This document shows, piece after piece, positions 49,076 to 63,700 of a DNA stretch of 64,000 nt. The notes under the pieces were generated by a model that was given only the letters and a program-made list of their open reading frames with translations, was not told the DNA's origin and ran no database searches. Numbering within the stretch: the first letter of the stretch is position 1; every line of letters starts with the position of its first letter. Source of the stretch: Sulfurospirillum sp. (GTDB taxonomy: Bacteria > Campylobacterota > Campylobacteria > Campylobacterales > Sulfurospirillaceae); the NCBI GenBank assembly GCA_045047115.1, contig JASFYR010000010.1, positions 1 through 64,000 of the forward strand, given 5' to 3'. Both the position numbers and the translations under genes were made by a program.

Positions 49076-49890
49076 AGTTTTACCTTATTTAGTATATACT
49101 TGACCTCATCATCATCTATCTCTATCAAAGATAGGTTCTCTTTGTCCACAAGCTTATAGATACCATTTTCTTGGTTTTTGAAGCTCTTTTTTTCTAGTTT
49201 TCTTCCCAACTCTATATCACTCAAATCACCTAGATACTCGTTTGTATTCATAGTTAAAAAATTGAGTGGGTTTAGCGACCTTTCATCATCATATATAAAA
49301 GCGCCCTCGCTCAACCTCTCCAAAGAACTAAGAGTTCCCTGGAAACCAAGTTTTTGAGCAAACATAGCTCCGATACTTCTTATATATCCACCCTCACTTA
49401 TACTAATCTCAAAAGTCAAAAACGGATGAACATAGTGTAAAATTTTAAAATCGTAAATAGTGCTTTTTATCTTTTTAAGTTCAAACTCAACTCCGCCTCT
49501 TGCCAAATCATAAGCTCTTTTGCCTTCAACTCTCTTAGCACTGTATTTTGGCGGAAGATACTCAATCTCACCCACAAAACTCTTTGTGACTATATTTATA
49601 GAATCCATAGAAAAAGGTGCTATCTTTTTTACGCTCTCTATCTTCTCTGTGTCAAGTGTAGGACTGTATGCTCCTATCCATAAAGTTGCCCTGTATCTCT
49701 TAGGACTCTTGTCTAAAAATCTAAAGAGTTTTGTAAATTGCCCAAATGCCACTATCAAAACTCCACTTGCAAAAGGATCAAGCGTACCAGAAAATCCAGC
49801 CTTTTTAACACTGTACCTTCTCTTTATCCCTCTTAAAAAGTAGTTAGAAGAGATGCCTTTTGGTTTGTTTGCAACAAAAAGTCTATTCAT
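49069..49890 (-). CDS. truB: tRNA pseudouridine(55) synthase
   Basis: KAGFSGTLDPFASG, PPKYSA, G.RAYDLAR, GGYIRS. Confidence 0.94.
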   Translation of the reverse strand: MNRLFVANKPKGISSNYFLRGIKRRYSVKKAGFSGTLDPFASGVLIVAFGQFTKLFRFLDKSPKRYRATLWIGAYSPTLDTEKIESVKKIAPFSMDSINIVTKSFVGEIEYLPPKYSAKRVEGKRAYDLARGGVEFELKKIKSTIYDFKILHYVHPFLTFEISISEGGYIRSIGAMFAQKLGFQGTLSSLERLSEGAFIYDDERSLNPLNFLTMNTNEYLGDLSDIELGRKLEKKSFKNQENGIYKLVDKENLSLIEIDDDEVKYILNKVKLC

Positions 49891-51929
49891 ATCTTCTCAA
49901 CAAATGATGCCAGTATATCTCTCTTTGTGCCACTAAAATTAATCTTTAGTTTAAACTCTCTTTTAACTTTGCTTATCTCAAAAATTCTTCCTATTCCAAA
50001 AATTTTGTGCTTAACCAAATCACCCTTTTTAAAAGCCGTAGTCTTTTCGAGTATCAGACTTCCCTTGCAAACTCCAGCCTCTTTGAGAAATCTACTCTTT
50101 TTAAGCTCCGCTCTTCTTCCTTTATAAAAACGACTACCTGCATAACTGAGTGTCAACTCTCTTTTCGCTCTGGTAATCGCTACATATCCGAGTCTTCTCT
50201 CCTCCTCTATATCGCTTCCATCACCTATTAACGGAAAAAATCCCTCTTCCAAACCCATCACAAAAAGATACTCAAACTCGAGCCCTTTGCTGGCATGTAT
50301 ACTCATGATTGATATATGTTCATTGTCTATCTGATCTTGATCACTTTGAAGAGCTAAATCATTTAAAAAACCGTCCACACTAACACCTGGATTTTGCTTG
50401 ATAAAATCTCGATAAAGTCCATAAAATTCATCTATATTTGAGACGCGATCTAGTGCATCCGGCATAGATGAGTAGTAGTCTCTTATCTTAAATGCCTCTT
50501 CTAGTTCATATATAAAATCATAAGAGTTATCGACACTCAATTCTTTGAGTCTTTGCAAATCATCTATGAATTTCTCCAAAGCTATAAAACTCTTTTTGCT
50601 TGTTATGCCTCTTACCTCATCTATATGAGTAGTGATATACTCATACATAGACATTTTGTTTTCATAGGCTGCTTTTTGAATCTTATTTATTGTAACATTT
50701 CCTAAACCTCTTTTAGGTTTATTTATCACTCTTTTCATCGAAAAATCATCGTGTACATTGGCTATGATTCTGAGATAACTGATGAGATCTTTTATCTCAG
50801 CCCTTTCATAAAACTTGACTCCTCCAACCATATTGTAAGAAATGCCCTCTTTGTTCAAACCCTCCTCCAAGGATCGACTAAGTGCATTTATCCTGTATAA
50901 AACCGCTATATTTTTTGCATCAACTCCACTTTGTATGAGTTTTTTTATCTTTCTTGCTATCGTCTGAGACTCATAGTTTTCATCGCTTGAGCTTATAAAT
51001 TCTATCTCTTTACCATCACCAAAAACACTTACTAGGTTTTTTCCTATCCTCTCTCTGTTGTGGTCTATAAGATCATTTGCTGATTTTAGGATTTGGTTTG
51101 TGGATCTGTAATTTTTCTCTAATTTTATAATTTTAACATCATCAAAAGAGTTATGAAATTCTAATATATTTTTGATATTTGCACCACGCCACCCATATAT
51201 ACTCTGGTCATCATCGCCGACTACGCACAGGTTGTTATGAGCAGAGCAAAGTTTTCTTAAAAGTCTATATTGGAGTTCGTTTGTGTCTTGGTACTCATCA
51301 ACCATAATATATCTGTATCTTTGGCTTGTTTTAGAGCATAGCTCATCGTCCTGTTCCAAAATTTTATATGTAAGAACCAGCAGATCATCAAAATCTACAA
51401 GATTGTTGTTAAGTATATAATTCTCATACTGTTCATATAATTTTGCTATGGCTTTATACTCTTTTTTCTCAGCCTTTCTGAAAACCTCCTCAGGTGAGAT
51501 AAGTGAGTTTTTATATCTTGATATCTCGTTTGCCACCAAAGATACAGGCATATCGCCTCCAAAACTCTTTATAATTCTTTTCTTGTCATCTGTGTCAATT
51601 ACGACAAAACCGTTGTTGCGATTTAGTTTGTCTATATGAAACTTCAAAAACAGCAGTCCAAACTTGTGAAATGTACAAAGCAGAGGCGGATAACTCACAT
51701 TTTCTATCAAATCAAGGGCCCGATCTCTCATCTCACTAGCTGCTTTATTGGTAAAGGTTAGAGTCAAGATATTCACCGGATCTATACCCAAAGATATAAG
51801 ATAAGCTACCCTGGAAGTTATGGTTTTTGTCTTGCCGCTTCCTGCACCTGCAAGTATAAGTAAAGGACCGTCTATATGACAGGCTGCCTCTCTTTGGTTT
51901 TCATTTAATTCACTTAATATTTTATCCAT
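49887..51929 (-). CDS. uvrD: UvrD/Rep/PcrA family ATP-dependent DNA helicase
   Basis: LAGAGSGKT, TFTNKAA, VDEYQD, GDDDQSIY.WRGA, NYRS, HASKGLEF, YVAITRAK. Confidence 0.92.
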   Translation of the reverse strand: MDKILSELNENQREAACHIDGPLLILAGAGSGKTKTITSRVAYLISLGIDPVNILTLTFTNKAASEMRDRALDLIENVSYPPLLCTFHKFGLLFLKFHIDKLNRNNGFVVIDTDDKKRIIKSFGGDMPVSLVANEISRYKNSLISPEEVFRKAEKKEYKAIAKLYEQYENYILNNNLVDFDDLLVLTYKILEQDDELCSKTSQRYRYIMVDEYQDTNELQYRLLRKLCSAHNNLCVVGDDDQSIYGWRGANIKNILEFHNSFDDVKIIKLEKNYRSTNQILKSANDLIDHNRERIGKNLVSVFGDGKEIEFISSSDENYESQTIARKIKKLIQSGVDAKNIAVLYRINALSRSLEEGLNKEGISYNMVGGVKFYERAEIKDLISYLRIIANVHDDFSMKRVINKPKRGLGNVTINKIQKAAYENKMSMYEYITTHIDEVRGITSKKSFIALEKFIDDLQRLKELSVDNSYDFIYELEEAFKIRDYYSSMPDALDRVSNIDEFYGLYRDFIKQNPGVSVDGFLNDLALQSDQDQIDNEHISIMSIHASKGLEFEYLFVMGLEEGFFPLIGDGSDIEEERRLGYVAITRAKRELTLSYAGSRFYKGRRAELKKSRFLKEAGVCKGSLILEKTTAFKKGDLVKHKIFGIGRIFEISKVKREFKLKINFSGTKRDILASFVEKI

Positions 51930-52067
51930 TCTGCACTTTCACACTATAATTTGTTTTTATTATATCAAAAAATGCTTTAATCGTGCAAATATTTAAGAAA
52001 TAGCTATTGTATAAATTATTATTTTTAGTTATAATTATAAAATTACTTGAAAAAACTAGGAGATTTT

Positions 52068-52967
52068 ATGCTAAAAGATTTTACAAAAATAGAGACATTT
52101 TTAACTGTTGTAAGAGAAAAAAGCTTCTCAAGGGCTTCAAAAAAACTGGGCATCAGCCAACCGGCAGTCACACAACAAATAAAACTTTTAGAGGATTATA
52201 TAGAAGATAAGATAGTTGACAGAAAGAAAAATGGTATAAGACTCACCAAAACCGGAGAAGAGCTACACAAAATCGCACTCAAGCTTGATAAGTGTATAAA
52301 CAACTCCGAAAAAGAAATGCTAAAACTTATAAACAAAGATATAATCTTTATACTTGGTGCCTCTTTTATGGTTGGGAACTATATATTACCCGGATTTTTA
52401 AACAAAATCAAAGAAGAGATCAAGAACGATGTGATGCTTCAAATCGATGACTCCCAAAAGATAACTGAAGAACTGTTGGACAGAAAAGTAGATTTTGCAA
52501 TTTTGGAACATCCTGTTTTTAGAGATGATATCATCTTTAGAGAGTGGCTTGAAGACGAGTTGTTTCTTGTCAGTAAATCGCCTCTTCCAAAGTATGTCAA
52601 ACCTGAAGATCTCTATGATTTCCACTGGATCTGCAGAGAAGAGAGCTCGCACACCAGAAAAATTATCCAAGAAGCTTTTGATGCGATGGGAATTGATTGT
52701 AAATCGTTTGATTTAAGAAGTATTGTAACAAGTTCAACTGCTGTCAAGCAGATGATTTTAAAAACACCAAGCGAAGATGTCCCCACAGTATCAATTATCT
52801 CAAGACACATAATAAAAGACGAACTTGAAAATGGTCAACTCTACTGCGCAAGAATAAAAGGTTTTAAACTTTCTCGCACACTTTATATAGCCTACCTAAA
52901 AGAGAAAAAGCATGATGCGATGATAGATGCAATCATCTCTTTTTTGATGAATAAAAGAAGGCTATAA
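52068..52967 (+). CDS. LysR family transcriptional regulator
   Basis: SFSRASKKLGISQPAVTQQIK.LE HTH; ATG 52068 with AGGAG SD. Confidence 0.93.
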   Translation: MLKDFTKIETFLTVVREKSFSRASKKLGISQPAVTQQIKLLEDYIEDKIVDRKKNGIRLTKTGEELHKIALKLDKCINNSEKEMLKLINKDIIFILGASFMVGNYILPGFLNKIKEEIKNDVMLQIDDSQKITEELLDRKVDFAILEHPVFRDDIIFREWLEDELFLVSKSPLPKYVKPEDLYDFHWICREESSHTRKIIQEAFDAMGIDCKSFDLRSIVTSSTAVKQMILKTPSEDVPTVSIISRHIIKDELENGQLYCARIKGFKLSRTLYIAYLKEKKHDAMIDAIISFLMNKRRL

Positions 52968-53167
52968 GTACCTAGCCATAAAGAACCCCAACTATCAGTT
53001 ACATAAAAAAGCGACTGATATGAGGCAAAAACTCGAAGTTGCACTTGTTGTGCTTCAAGAGTTTTTAACAAAGCAGTAGTTGCTTTTTTATGTAACCCTT
53101 CGGGCGTTAAGGAAATAGCCCTGTTGCTTCGTAAGATTTTCTTGAATTAGCTATGGCTAGGTACTTA
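52965..53167. mobile_element. MITE-like element, 203 bp
   Basis: Perfect 16-bp inverted ends TAAGTACCTAGCCATA / TATGGCTAGGTACTTA; long internal stem 52998-53016/53078-53096; no transposase. Confidence 0.75.
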
Positions 53168-53630
53168 GTTTCTCCGGATCATCTTTTAATAATTTTTTAT
53201 TCTCAGGATTTAAAAGTAGAGCTTCCATAGACTTTTTCACACCCTTTTTCCTGACTTTTTTTGACTTATTGTTCACAGGAATACTCAGATTTATAAAAAT
53301 TGGAGTATCTTCAACTATAATTTGCAAAATACCAAGTAGTGGCACACTGACCAAAGAGCCATAATTATCAGCCCCAAATCCGGCTTCAAAACTCAAGGTT
53401 TCACCATCTATTAAAGCGCTCTCATATGTATATCCAGCCAAAACGAACATAGTTATTGGCTTAAAAGTATCTCTTATATCATTTGGCAATGAGGGCTCAA
53501 AATCAACTTCTGCTATATTCGTCAAAATGGCAAAATTTATATTTTTATCCAGTAAATACTCAAGTATATCTTGAATATGTCCGCTCATAATATCACAAAA
53601 TTTTTCATCACTCAAAGCTTGATGCAACAT
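53157..53630 (-). CDS. Conserved hypothetical protein
   Basis: F.LAGYTYESA, SFEAGFG..N.GS.V.VP; AAGGAG SD; end of pyrB-pabB-pabC operon. Confidence 0.75.
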   Translation of the reverse strand: MLHQALSDEKFCDIMSGHIQDILEYLLDKNINFAILTNIAEVDFEPSLPNDIRDTFKPITMFVLAGYTYESALIDGETLSFEAGFGADNYGSLVSVPLLGILQIIVEDTPIFINLSIPVNNKSKKVRKKGVKKSMEALLLNPENKKLLKDDPEKLST

Positions 53631-54213
53631 CAAAAACTCCTTTATTTACCTCTTTAAAGCCTATCAAAGCGTTCATTATAGCAAAATTTGATGATTTTTT
53701 TAAATCATTGATATCCAAATCCGCTTTTTTCAAAAAACCTTTATCCAAAAGTCTCTCTCTTGCAGTTCCTCTTAAAAGCGGTTTTTCAGGAGTGTACCAA
53801 GCATTATTTAATTTGACAGCTATATTTGCAATACTTGTATCTTTCAGCATCCCCTTGTCACATAAAATAATATCATCATATTTGCAAAAACTTTTTTTCA
53901 ATAGATTTATCTCATCTCTTTTCTCATATTTAAAATCATACACCATGCTGCTTTGAACCAACACAAAATGTCTAAAATCTTTGATTTGTATATTTTGATA
54001 CTCTACTTTTAAAATTGTTTTATTATAAATAACTCTTATCTTTAATCTTCTATTTTTAGGCGGAATTATATATCTATCCAAACTGATATTTGAACTGTCG
54101 CCAAATAAAACTCTTCTTGTTTCATCAAACCTTTTTTGATGATAATCCAAATTTTGAATTTTATCATTTTCATAAAGCATTGTTTCAAGACATGGGGATA
54201 TAAATTTTTTCAC
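53608..54213 (-). CDS. pabC: Aminotransferase class IV (4-amino-4-deoxychorismate lyase-like)
   Basis: LET, YHQKR, KY, DTSIANI, TP..PLL.GT.R, MNAL; follows pabB; start uncertain. Confidence 0.75.
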   Translation of the reverse strand: MKKFISPCLETMLYENDKIQNLDYHQKRFDETRRVLFGDSSNISLDRYIIPPKNRRLKIRVIYNKTILKVEYQNIQIKDFRHFVLVQSSMVYDFKYEKRDEINLLKKSFCKYDDIILCDKGMLKDTSIANIAVKLNNAWYTPEKPLLRGTARERLLDKGFLKKADLDINDLKKSSNFAIMNALIGFKEVNKGVFDVASSFE

Positions 54214-55144
54214 ACATCTCCTTGTACTCTTTTTTAGCATCACTTAAAAGCGTCACTCCTCCTCCGCTTTTATAAACAAAACCATCTTTGCACTTTTCTA
54301 TGTATCGTATCAAAACAGCACTGTCTAGATTTTCTCCGTCAAAGTAGCCAAAAACTCCTGTATAGAACCCTCTCTCATAGTCCTCTGTATCCTTTATGAT
54401 TTGTGTTGTCATCTTTTTTGGCGTACCCGTTATCGAACCTGCCGGCAAAAGTGTAGCCAGGATATCGCCTATCCTGCTTTGCCAGCCAAACTCCATCTTC
54501 CCTGTTATCTTAGAGCTAACCTGTAAAAGTTCTCTCTTCCCAGCTTTTATCTTCTCTACATATCTATACTTTTTGACTCTAACCTTGCTGGCAACCATAG
54601 ATATATCATTTCTAAGCAAATCAACAACCATCAAGTGTTCCGCTCTCTCTTTTTCATCTTTCAAAAGTCTCTCTTCTGCATTTTCTTTCTTGGCATCTAT
54701 CGTTCCTTTCATCGGGTGGGTCTCTATCTTGTTACCTTGTATTTTGATAAATCTCTCTGGAGAAAAGCATACAAATTTATCTTCAAGATAAAGCTTAAAT
54801 CTGGATTGTGAAGCATAGAAAATATCTTTTAAGTTTAAGTCATTATTTAATTTTGTTTGGAATGTTAAGTTTAAAAGATATGTGTTTCCCTCTTTGATCT
54901 CTTTGATGATCTTATCAAAGCTGTTTTTATACTTCGCAAAAGGTATATATACAGGTTTAAGAGAAAAATCTTTTTTTCTCAAAACAGGGTTTTTATAATT
55001 TGAAAAATCATCCATCTCAAACAAGAGTTTTTCTACCGGTAGAGTCTCTATGATATGCTCTTTACACTCAAAATCTACAACAAAAACAAATTTCTTTTTC
55101 AGACTGCCTAGATGATTGATTTTTTTTCTAAATTCATTTGCCAA
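54185..55144 (-). CDS. pabB: Aminodeoxychorismate synthase component I
   Basis: [39 protein letters not shown]. Confidence 0.9.
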   Translation of the reverse strand: MANEFRKKINHLGSLKKKFVFVVDFECKEHIIETLPVEKLLFEMDDFSNYKNPVLRKKDFSLKPVYIPFAKYKNSFDKIIKEIKEGNTYLLNLTFQTKLNNDLNLKDIFYASQSRFKLYLEDKFVCFSPERFIKIQGNKIETHPMKGTIDAKKENAEERLLKDEKERAEHLMVVDLLRNDISMVASKVRVKKYRYVEKIKAGKRELLQVSSKITGKMEFGWQSRIGDILATLLPAGSITGTPKKMTTQIIKDTEDYERGFYTGVFGYFDGENLDSAVLIRYIEKCKDGFVYKSGGGVTLLSDAKKEYKEMCEKIYIPMS

Positions 55145-56009
55145 TTAGTTTCTCCAAGACTGCCATCCTGAGAGCTACACCATTTTTAACCTGCTCCAAT
55201 ACTTTGCATCTTGGATCTTCCATCATCACATCATCTATATCAACATTTCTATGTACCGGTCCTGGATGCAGTAAAAGAATATCTCTATTACCCATCAAAT
55301 CAAGTGTTATACAAAAATCCTCAGCATAATCTTTTAGTGAAGCATATATCTGATTTGTATGCCTTTCAGTTTGAGTTCTAAGACTCATAATGATATCCAC
55401 ATCATCAATCACATCTCTTATACTGTGCGATACCCTTAGATCTGTTTTTGGCAGAAAATGTGGTGGTGCGACCAAAATAACCTCCAGTCCTGCCCTGTTC
55501 AGAAGTTCTATATTACTGTTTGCTACTCTGGAATTTTTGATATCTCCTATGATAGCTATCTTTTTTCCTTCTACTCTACCATTAAAGTGCTGCTTTATTG
55601 TAAAAAGATCGAGCAGTGCCTGCGTAGGATGCGCATGCGATCCATCTCCTCCATTGATCAAAGGGCACTTTACATGTTTTGAGAGTATGTGAGGAACTCC
55701 CGCTCTTTTGTGTCTAACTACGATGGCATCAGGGCCCATAGCATCAAGATTTGCCGCAGTATCGAGTAGAGTTTCTCCCTTACTGGAAGAGCTGTGAGAA
55801 ACATCAAGACTGACAACATTGGCTCCGAGTCTCTTTGCAGCTATCTCAAAACTGCTTCTTGTCCTGGTAGAGTTTTCAAAAAAGATAGTAATAATCATAC
55901 GATCTTTCAGTATCTCTCTTTGCCTGTTATCTAAAAAAACTTTTGCACGATTAAACAATTTATCTATCTCTGATAAAGAAAAATCTCTAGTGTTAATTAA
56001 ATGTTTCAC
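55134..56009 (-). CDS. pyrB: Aspartate carbamoyltransferase catalytic subunit
   Basis: [29 protein letters not shown]. Confidence 0.96.
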   Translation of the reverse strand: MKHLINTRDFSLSEIDKLFNRAKVFLDNRQREILKDRMIITIFFENSTRTRSSFEIAAKRLGANVVSLDVSHSSSSKGETLLDTAANLDAMGPDAIVVRHKRAGVPHILSKHVKCPLINGGDGSHAHPTQALLDLFTIKQHFNGRVEGKKIAIIGDIKNSRVANSNIELLNRAGLEVILVAPPHFLPKTDLRVSHSIRDVIDDVDIIMSLRTQTERHTNQIYASLKDYAEDFCITLDLMGNRDILLLHPGPVHRNVDIDDVMMEDPRCKVLEQVKNGVALRMAVLEKLIGK

Positions 56010-56086
56010 ATTCTATTCCTATTTAAGATAAGTAACCATATGTTAACAAATTTTAGGTACAATAACCATAAAAAAGGAGAAAAATC

Positions 56087-56596
56087 ATGAAAAAAATATT
56101 AATATTTATCTGTTCTGTTACATTAAGCGCTTCTTTATATGCCGATACCATATCATACAATGATACTGTAAGAGTTATCAAGAGTACACCCGAATATAGA
56201 ACAGTCACTACCAGAACTCCATATCAAGAGTGTTGGGACGAACAAGTACCGGTCAGTTCAAACAGCAATACCGGAAACGACAACATAGGTGCTCTTATAG
56301 GTGGAGTTGCCGGGGGAATCTTAGGACATCAAGTCGGAGGCGGAAGCGGAAAAACAGCCGCAACTGTTGGTGGAGCGATAATCGGAACACTTGTCGGTAA
56401 AAATTTATCAGGAAACCAAAATCAAGGCACAACCTCTTATCAGACACAAAGAAAATGTGTCACCAAATATGAAGAGAGATCAAGTGAAAAATTTGTAGGC
56501 TATAAAAATATAGCGAACTACAGAGGCAAAACCATAGTCAAATACAGCGATAGACCACTTCATAGGATAAGATTACATGTCAGCGTAAGCTACTGA
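56087..56596 (+). CDS. Exported glycine-zipper 2TM domain protein
   Basis: Signal peptide; GALIGGVAGGILGHQVGGGSGK.AATVGGAIIG. Confidence 0.88.
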   Translation: MKKILIFICSVTLSASLYADTISYNDTVRVIKSTPEYRTVTTRTPYQECWDEQVPVSSNSNTGNDNIGALIGGVAGGILGHQVGGGSGKTAATVGGAIIGTLVGKNLSGNQNQGTTSYQTQRKCVTKYEERSSEKFVGYKNIANYRGKTIVKYSDRPLHRIRLHVSVSY

Positions 56597-57214
56597 GTAT
56601 CTCATCAAGATTATCTTGCAAAGTTAAAATCCTGCCAAATTTATCTCTATAGTATGGCAGGGTTGTTTCAGAAAAACTCTTCTCATCCCTTACATTTATA
56701 CACCACTCATGCTCTATATCTAAACTCTCCAAGAGTCTCAAATTTAACAGTGTATCGTTGATACAGCCAAGTTTTGAGTGAGTCACCAAAAGAATTTTTG
56801 CATTGAAAAGTTTTGCAAAATCATACATATAAAAATCCTCTTCAACAGGCACCATCAGTCCTCCTGCCCCCTCAATCAAAACTATATCACTCGCCTGTGA
56901 GATTTTTTCATAAGCCTTGGTTATGAGTTCAAAATCTATATTCTCACCACACCTGGAGACATAAGGAGCCGCCGGAAGCCCAAATTGCACAGGAACTATA
57001 TCTCTATATGTAAAGCTTTTGAGTTCAGGATTAAACTTCTGTGCACTATGGAGTAAAAGTTTACCATCAGCAGGATATTTACCCACTCCTGTCTCTATGG
57101 GTTTTAAAACTCCAACTCTACTGCCCTGAAGTCCTAGCGCTTCTATTATTTTTAAAGTTGCATAAGTTTTACCTATATCAGTATTTGTCGCTGTTATAAA
57201 AATCGGTCTTTGTT

Positions 57215-57218
<4 letters not shown>
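56580..57218 (-). CDS. bioD: Dethiobiotin synthase
   Basis: ITATNTDIGKT, KPIETG, IEGAGG, LGCIN. Confidence 0.93.
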
Positions 57219-59998
<2,780 letters not shown>

Positions 59999-60081
59999 CC
60001 TCGTGCTGTATTATATCATCTTCACAATCATTTCACTTTTAAGTTTTACAATTTCAACAATATAAACACAAGGAATTTAAA

Positions 60082-60615
60082 ATGAAAAAGATAACTTTAG
60101 GATTTGCAACATTTATTTTAGTAACACTTACAGCCCAAGCCGCCTCTTTTACAACAACCCAGTATGTAAAAGTACAAAAATCAAAAGCAAAGTATGAAAA
60201 TGTCATACGCAGAACACCCTATGAAGAGTGTTGGGACGAGAGAGTTCCTATTAAAAAAAACCACCACAGAAGAGATAGAAATTATGATGGTTTTGGCACT
60301 CTTATCGGTGGGGTAGCAGGAGGGATCATAGGAAATCAAGTAGGCAAAGGAAGAGGAAAAACAGTAGCAACTATAGGGGGAGCTTTGATTGGCTCACTCG
60401 TTGGAAACAATCTTTCTCACAGAAATTATGATAACAACTCATACTCATATACAACATATGAAACCAGAAGAAGATGCACCACACACTACAATGAAAGAAG
60501 AGAGAGAAAGTTTGTAGGATACAAAAACATCGGCTTCTTTAAAGGGAGAAAGATAGTAAAATGCTCATCTGAAAAACTGGATTATATACCAGTAACCATC
60601 ACTGTTGAATATTGA
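60082..60615 (+). CDS. Exported glycine-zipper 2TM domain protein (paralog of 56087-56596)
   Basis: Signal peptide; TPYEECWDE.VP, GTLIGGVAGGIIGNQVG, KFVGYKNI shared with paralog. Confidence 0.88.
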   Translation: MKKITLGFATFILVTLTAQAASFTTTQYVKVQKSKAKYENVIRRTPYEECWDERVPIKKNHHRRDRNYDGFGTLIGGVAGGIIGNQVGKGRGKTVATIGGALIGSLVGNNLSHRNYDNNSYSYTTYETRRRCTTHYNERRERKFVGYKNIGFFKGRKIVKCSSEKLDYIPVTITVEY

Positions 60616-60616
60616 C

Positions 60617-60644
60617 TTCTTGCCCCGCATCTGCGGGGCAAGAA
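60617..60644 (+). terminator. GC-rich 13-bp inverted repeat after glycine-zipper gene
   Basis: TTCTTGCCCCGCA-TC-TGCGGGGCAAGAA; no clear U-tract. Confidence 0.55.
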
Positions 60645-60717
60645 TCAAAATATGCATTTTATTAACAAATTTTAGATAAAATTCCTTTTTTATACAACCA
60701 CCAAAGAAGGACATAAA

Positions 60718-63700
60718 ATTAAACGATTAATAAAATTTTTCTTAGACAATCCAAAGATGAACTACACTCTGTTTATCTTGATAACTTTTCTTGGAATCTA
60801 CTCTTACATACAGACACCAAAAGAGATATTTCCCACATTTGATTTGGACAAAATCAGCATAAAAGGCTCTTATGCCGGTACCTCTATAGATATTATGGAT
60901 AAGATTGCTGTGCGAGAAATAGAAGATAGAGTCAAAGGCATAGAGGGTATAGACGATATGACTTCAGCTATCACTCCGGGATCATTCGTGATAGTTTTGG
61001 ATCTGGTTCAAGGCGTGAACAAATACAACATAGCAGACAAAGTTAAAGATGCTGTAGCAGATGCAAAACAGAATTTTCCAAACGATATGAATGATCCCAA
61101 AGTGACTGTATTAAATACTGTCAAATCTCTACTTACTCTCTCTATGTCATCAAACAAAAAGAGTCTCTCTCAACTAAAAGATATAGCAGACGATGTTAAA
61201 ACAAAAATTTTAGGCGTAAAAGATGTTTCTGATGTAACTATATATGGCAACTCTGATATGTACTACAACATACTCATAAATGAAAAAAAACTTGATGCAC
61301 TAAATATAAATAAGAGTGCTTTTTTATCAGCACTTGCAAATATATCGTATATCTTTCCTGTAGGCAAGATAGAAGGAGAAGGAAAACACTACTATATCTC
61401 AACATACAATGGGGCAAAAACCGCAAAAGAGATGAGTGATACTCCAATCTTGGCAAACGGGAAAAGGGTATATCTAGGAGATGTTGCTACTGTAGAAAAA
61501 AAGTATGAGAACTCAAGAACGCTCTCAACCATCAACACAAAACCTTCTTTAAATCTTGCAATCACTCAGGTTGAAGGGGGTAATGCTCTCGTAGCCACAA
61601 AAAACATAGAAAAGCTGATAAAATCTCTGCAAAAAGAGTATAAAAATATAACTTTTACCATCAACGATGATAGCTCTGATAGAATCAAAGACAGACTAAA
61701 TGTGGTGATTTCAAATATCTTTTTTGGTATCATACTTGTAACTCTGCTTTTAGCATTGCTGATAAATCCCAAAATGGCTCTTATCGTAGGTCTTGGAATT
61801 CCTACTTCATTTATCATGGCAGCCATATATTTTCATGCATTTGGATATACAATAAATATGATTTCTCTCATCGGAGTGCTTTTAGCCCTTGGAGTTTTAG
61901 TAGATGATGCCATAGTAGTGGCTGAAAGCATTCAACAGTATTTGGAAAAAGGATTTTCACCAAAAGAGGCGGCCCTTCGGGGAAGTAGTGATGTTGCAAA
62001 ACCAGTCATAATGGCTTCAATCACGACTCTATTTTCATTTATACCGATTTTGATGATAAGCGGCACTATGGGAGAGTTTATAAAGCTTATACCAATAGCT
62101 GTTTCTGCTCTGCTTGTGGCGTCCTTGATAGAGTCATTTGTATTTTTACCTCTTCATGCTGCACATATACTGGACAATAAAACAAAAGTTTTATCTTGGG
62201 AGAGACCAAACCGAATCTACAACTATATCATACACAAACTAATGAACTTTAGAAAAACTTTCTTGTTTGCTTTTTTAGTTTTAGTTCCGCTTTTCACAGT
62301 TATGGGTATCAAATCTTCAAGATTTCAAATGTTTCCAAAATTTGACGCCACAACTATGAGCATATCTCTAAAAGCAGATATAAATACACCTGCCGAAGAT
62401 ACTTACAAAAAAGTAAATACCATAGCTGACAAGCTGTACAAAAGCAGAGATAAATTTTTCATCAAAAATATCTCGACCATAGCGGGATATAGAAGAAATG
62501 CAGCGGGAAGCAGTGAAAACTACCCTTATGTTGCAAGTATCAATATAGAGCTTTACAAGTTAAAACCCAAAGATTTTGTAAACAGGTACATAACTCCAAA
62601 TCTAAGCCTATATTATGATAAAAGAGGCAGAATCAGAGATAAAACATCGCAAGAGATAGCAAAAGAGGTAAAAAACTTCTTAAAACAAAAAGGATTCAAG
62701 AAAAGACTACACCTTCAAGAGTTATTTATAAGTGAAAGAAGAGCCGGACCTGTCAAAACAGATGTAAAGATAGGCATCATCTCTAACAATACAGAAAAAA
62801 CAAAAAAGGCGATAAGCAAGATAGAGACTGCCTTGTCTAAGCTTAAAGGCATTAAAACTCTCACAGATAATGCACATGAAGGTATAGACGAAATAAAAAT
62901 AAAGCTAAACAGATATGGGGAGGATTTGGGACTTAGCGAAAGGTCACTCGGTGCAACACTCTCAAACTATTTCTTAGAGAAGAAAATTAGCACTGCACTT
63001 GATAGTAAAAACTTGCTGGACATCAAAGTACAAAGCGTAGCAAAAGATGAGATACAACGGCTCAAAAATATGAAAATTGATCTGGGTGACGGAAAAAAGA
63101 TAGCTCTAAATGAAGTTGCAGATTTCATTATCAACAGATCCTTTGAGAGAGTCAGTAAAGATTTTGGACAGAGAACATTTTATATATACGCAAATGTAAA
63201 TCCAAAACAACTCACGGGAAATGAAGCCATAGAGAAGATACAACCCATTTTAAATGAAGTAGAAAAAAATGGAGTAAAGATAAAACTTTTAGGTGAAAAA
63301 AAGAAAAATGCAGACTTGAAAAATGATATGATGAGTGCGACTTTTGTGGCAATGTTACTTATAATTTTAAGCCTTTTGTACCTTTTTAACTCTTTTAGAG
63401 ATACTTTTATCATAGCTTCTGTTATGCCATTCTCTTTTTTAGGCGTATTGATAGGTCACCATATCATGGGTTTAAACCTTAGTATGCCATCAATTATAGG
63501 AGCATTAGGACTTGCAGGAGTTGTTATAAACGATGGAATACTGATGGTTACATATCTGCAAAAGACAAAAACACTTGATCAGTTTTTTACAGAATCAAGC
63601 AAAAGATTAAGACCTATATTTTTAACTACAATAACTACACTTATAGGATTGTCAACTCTTATATTTTTCCCGACAGGACAGGCTGTTATATTTCAGCCTA

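Noticed and set aside
44438..51929. uvrD-truB-csrA-ispE-smpB-clpS-clpA-aat operon
   Set aside because: Ordinary conserved Campylobacterota gene order.
56032..56063. GTAACCATATGTTAAC as a second Crp site; TTAACAAATTTTAG shared with 60662-60675
   Set aside because: Spacing and half-site do not fit GTA-N8-TAC; the shared AT-rich stretch fits the generic epsilonproteobacterial promoter pattern.
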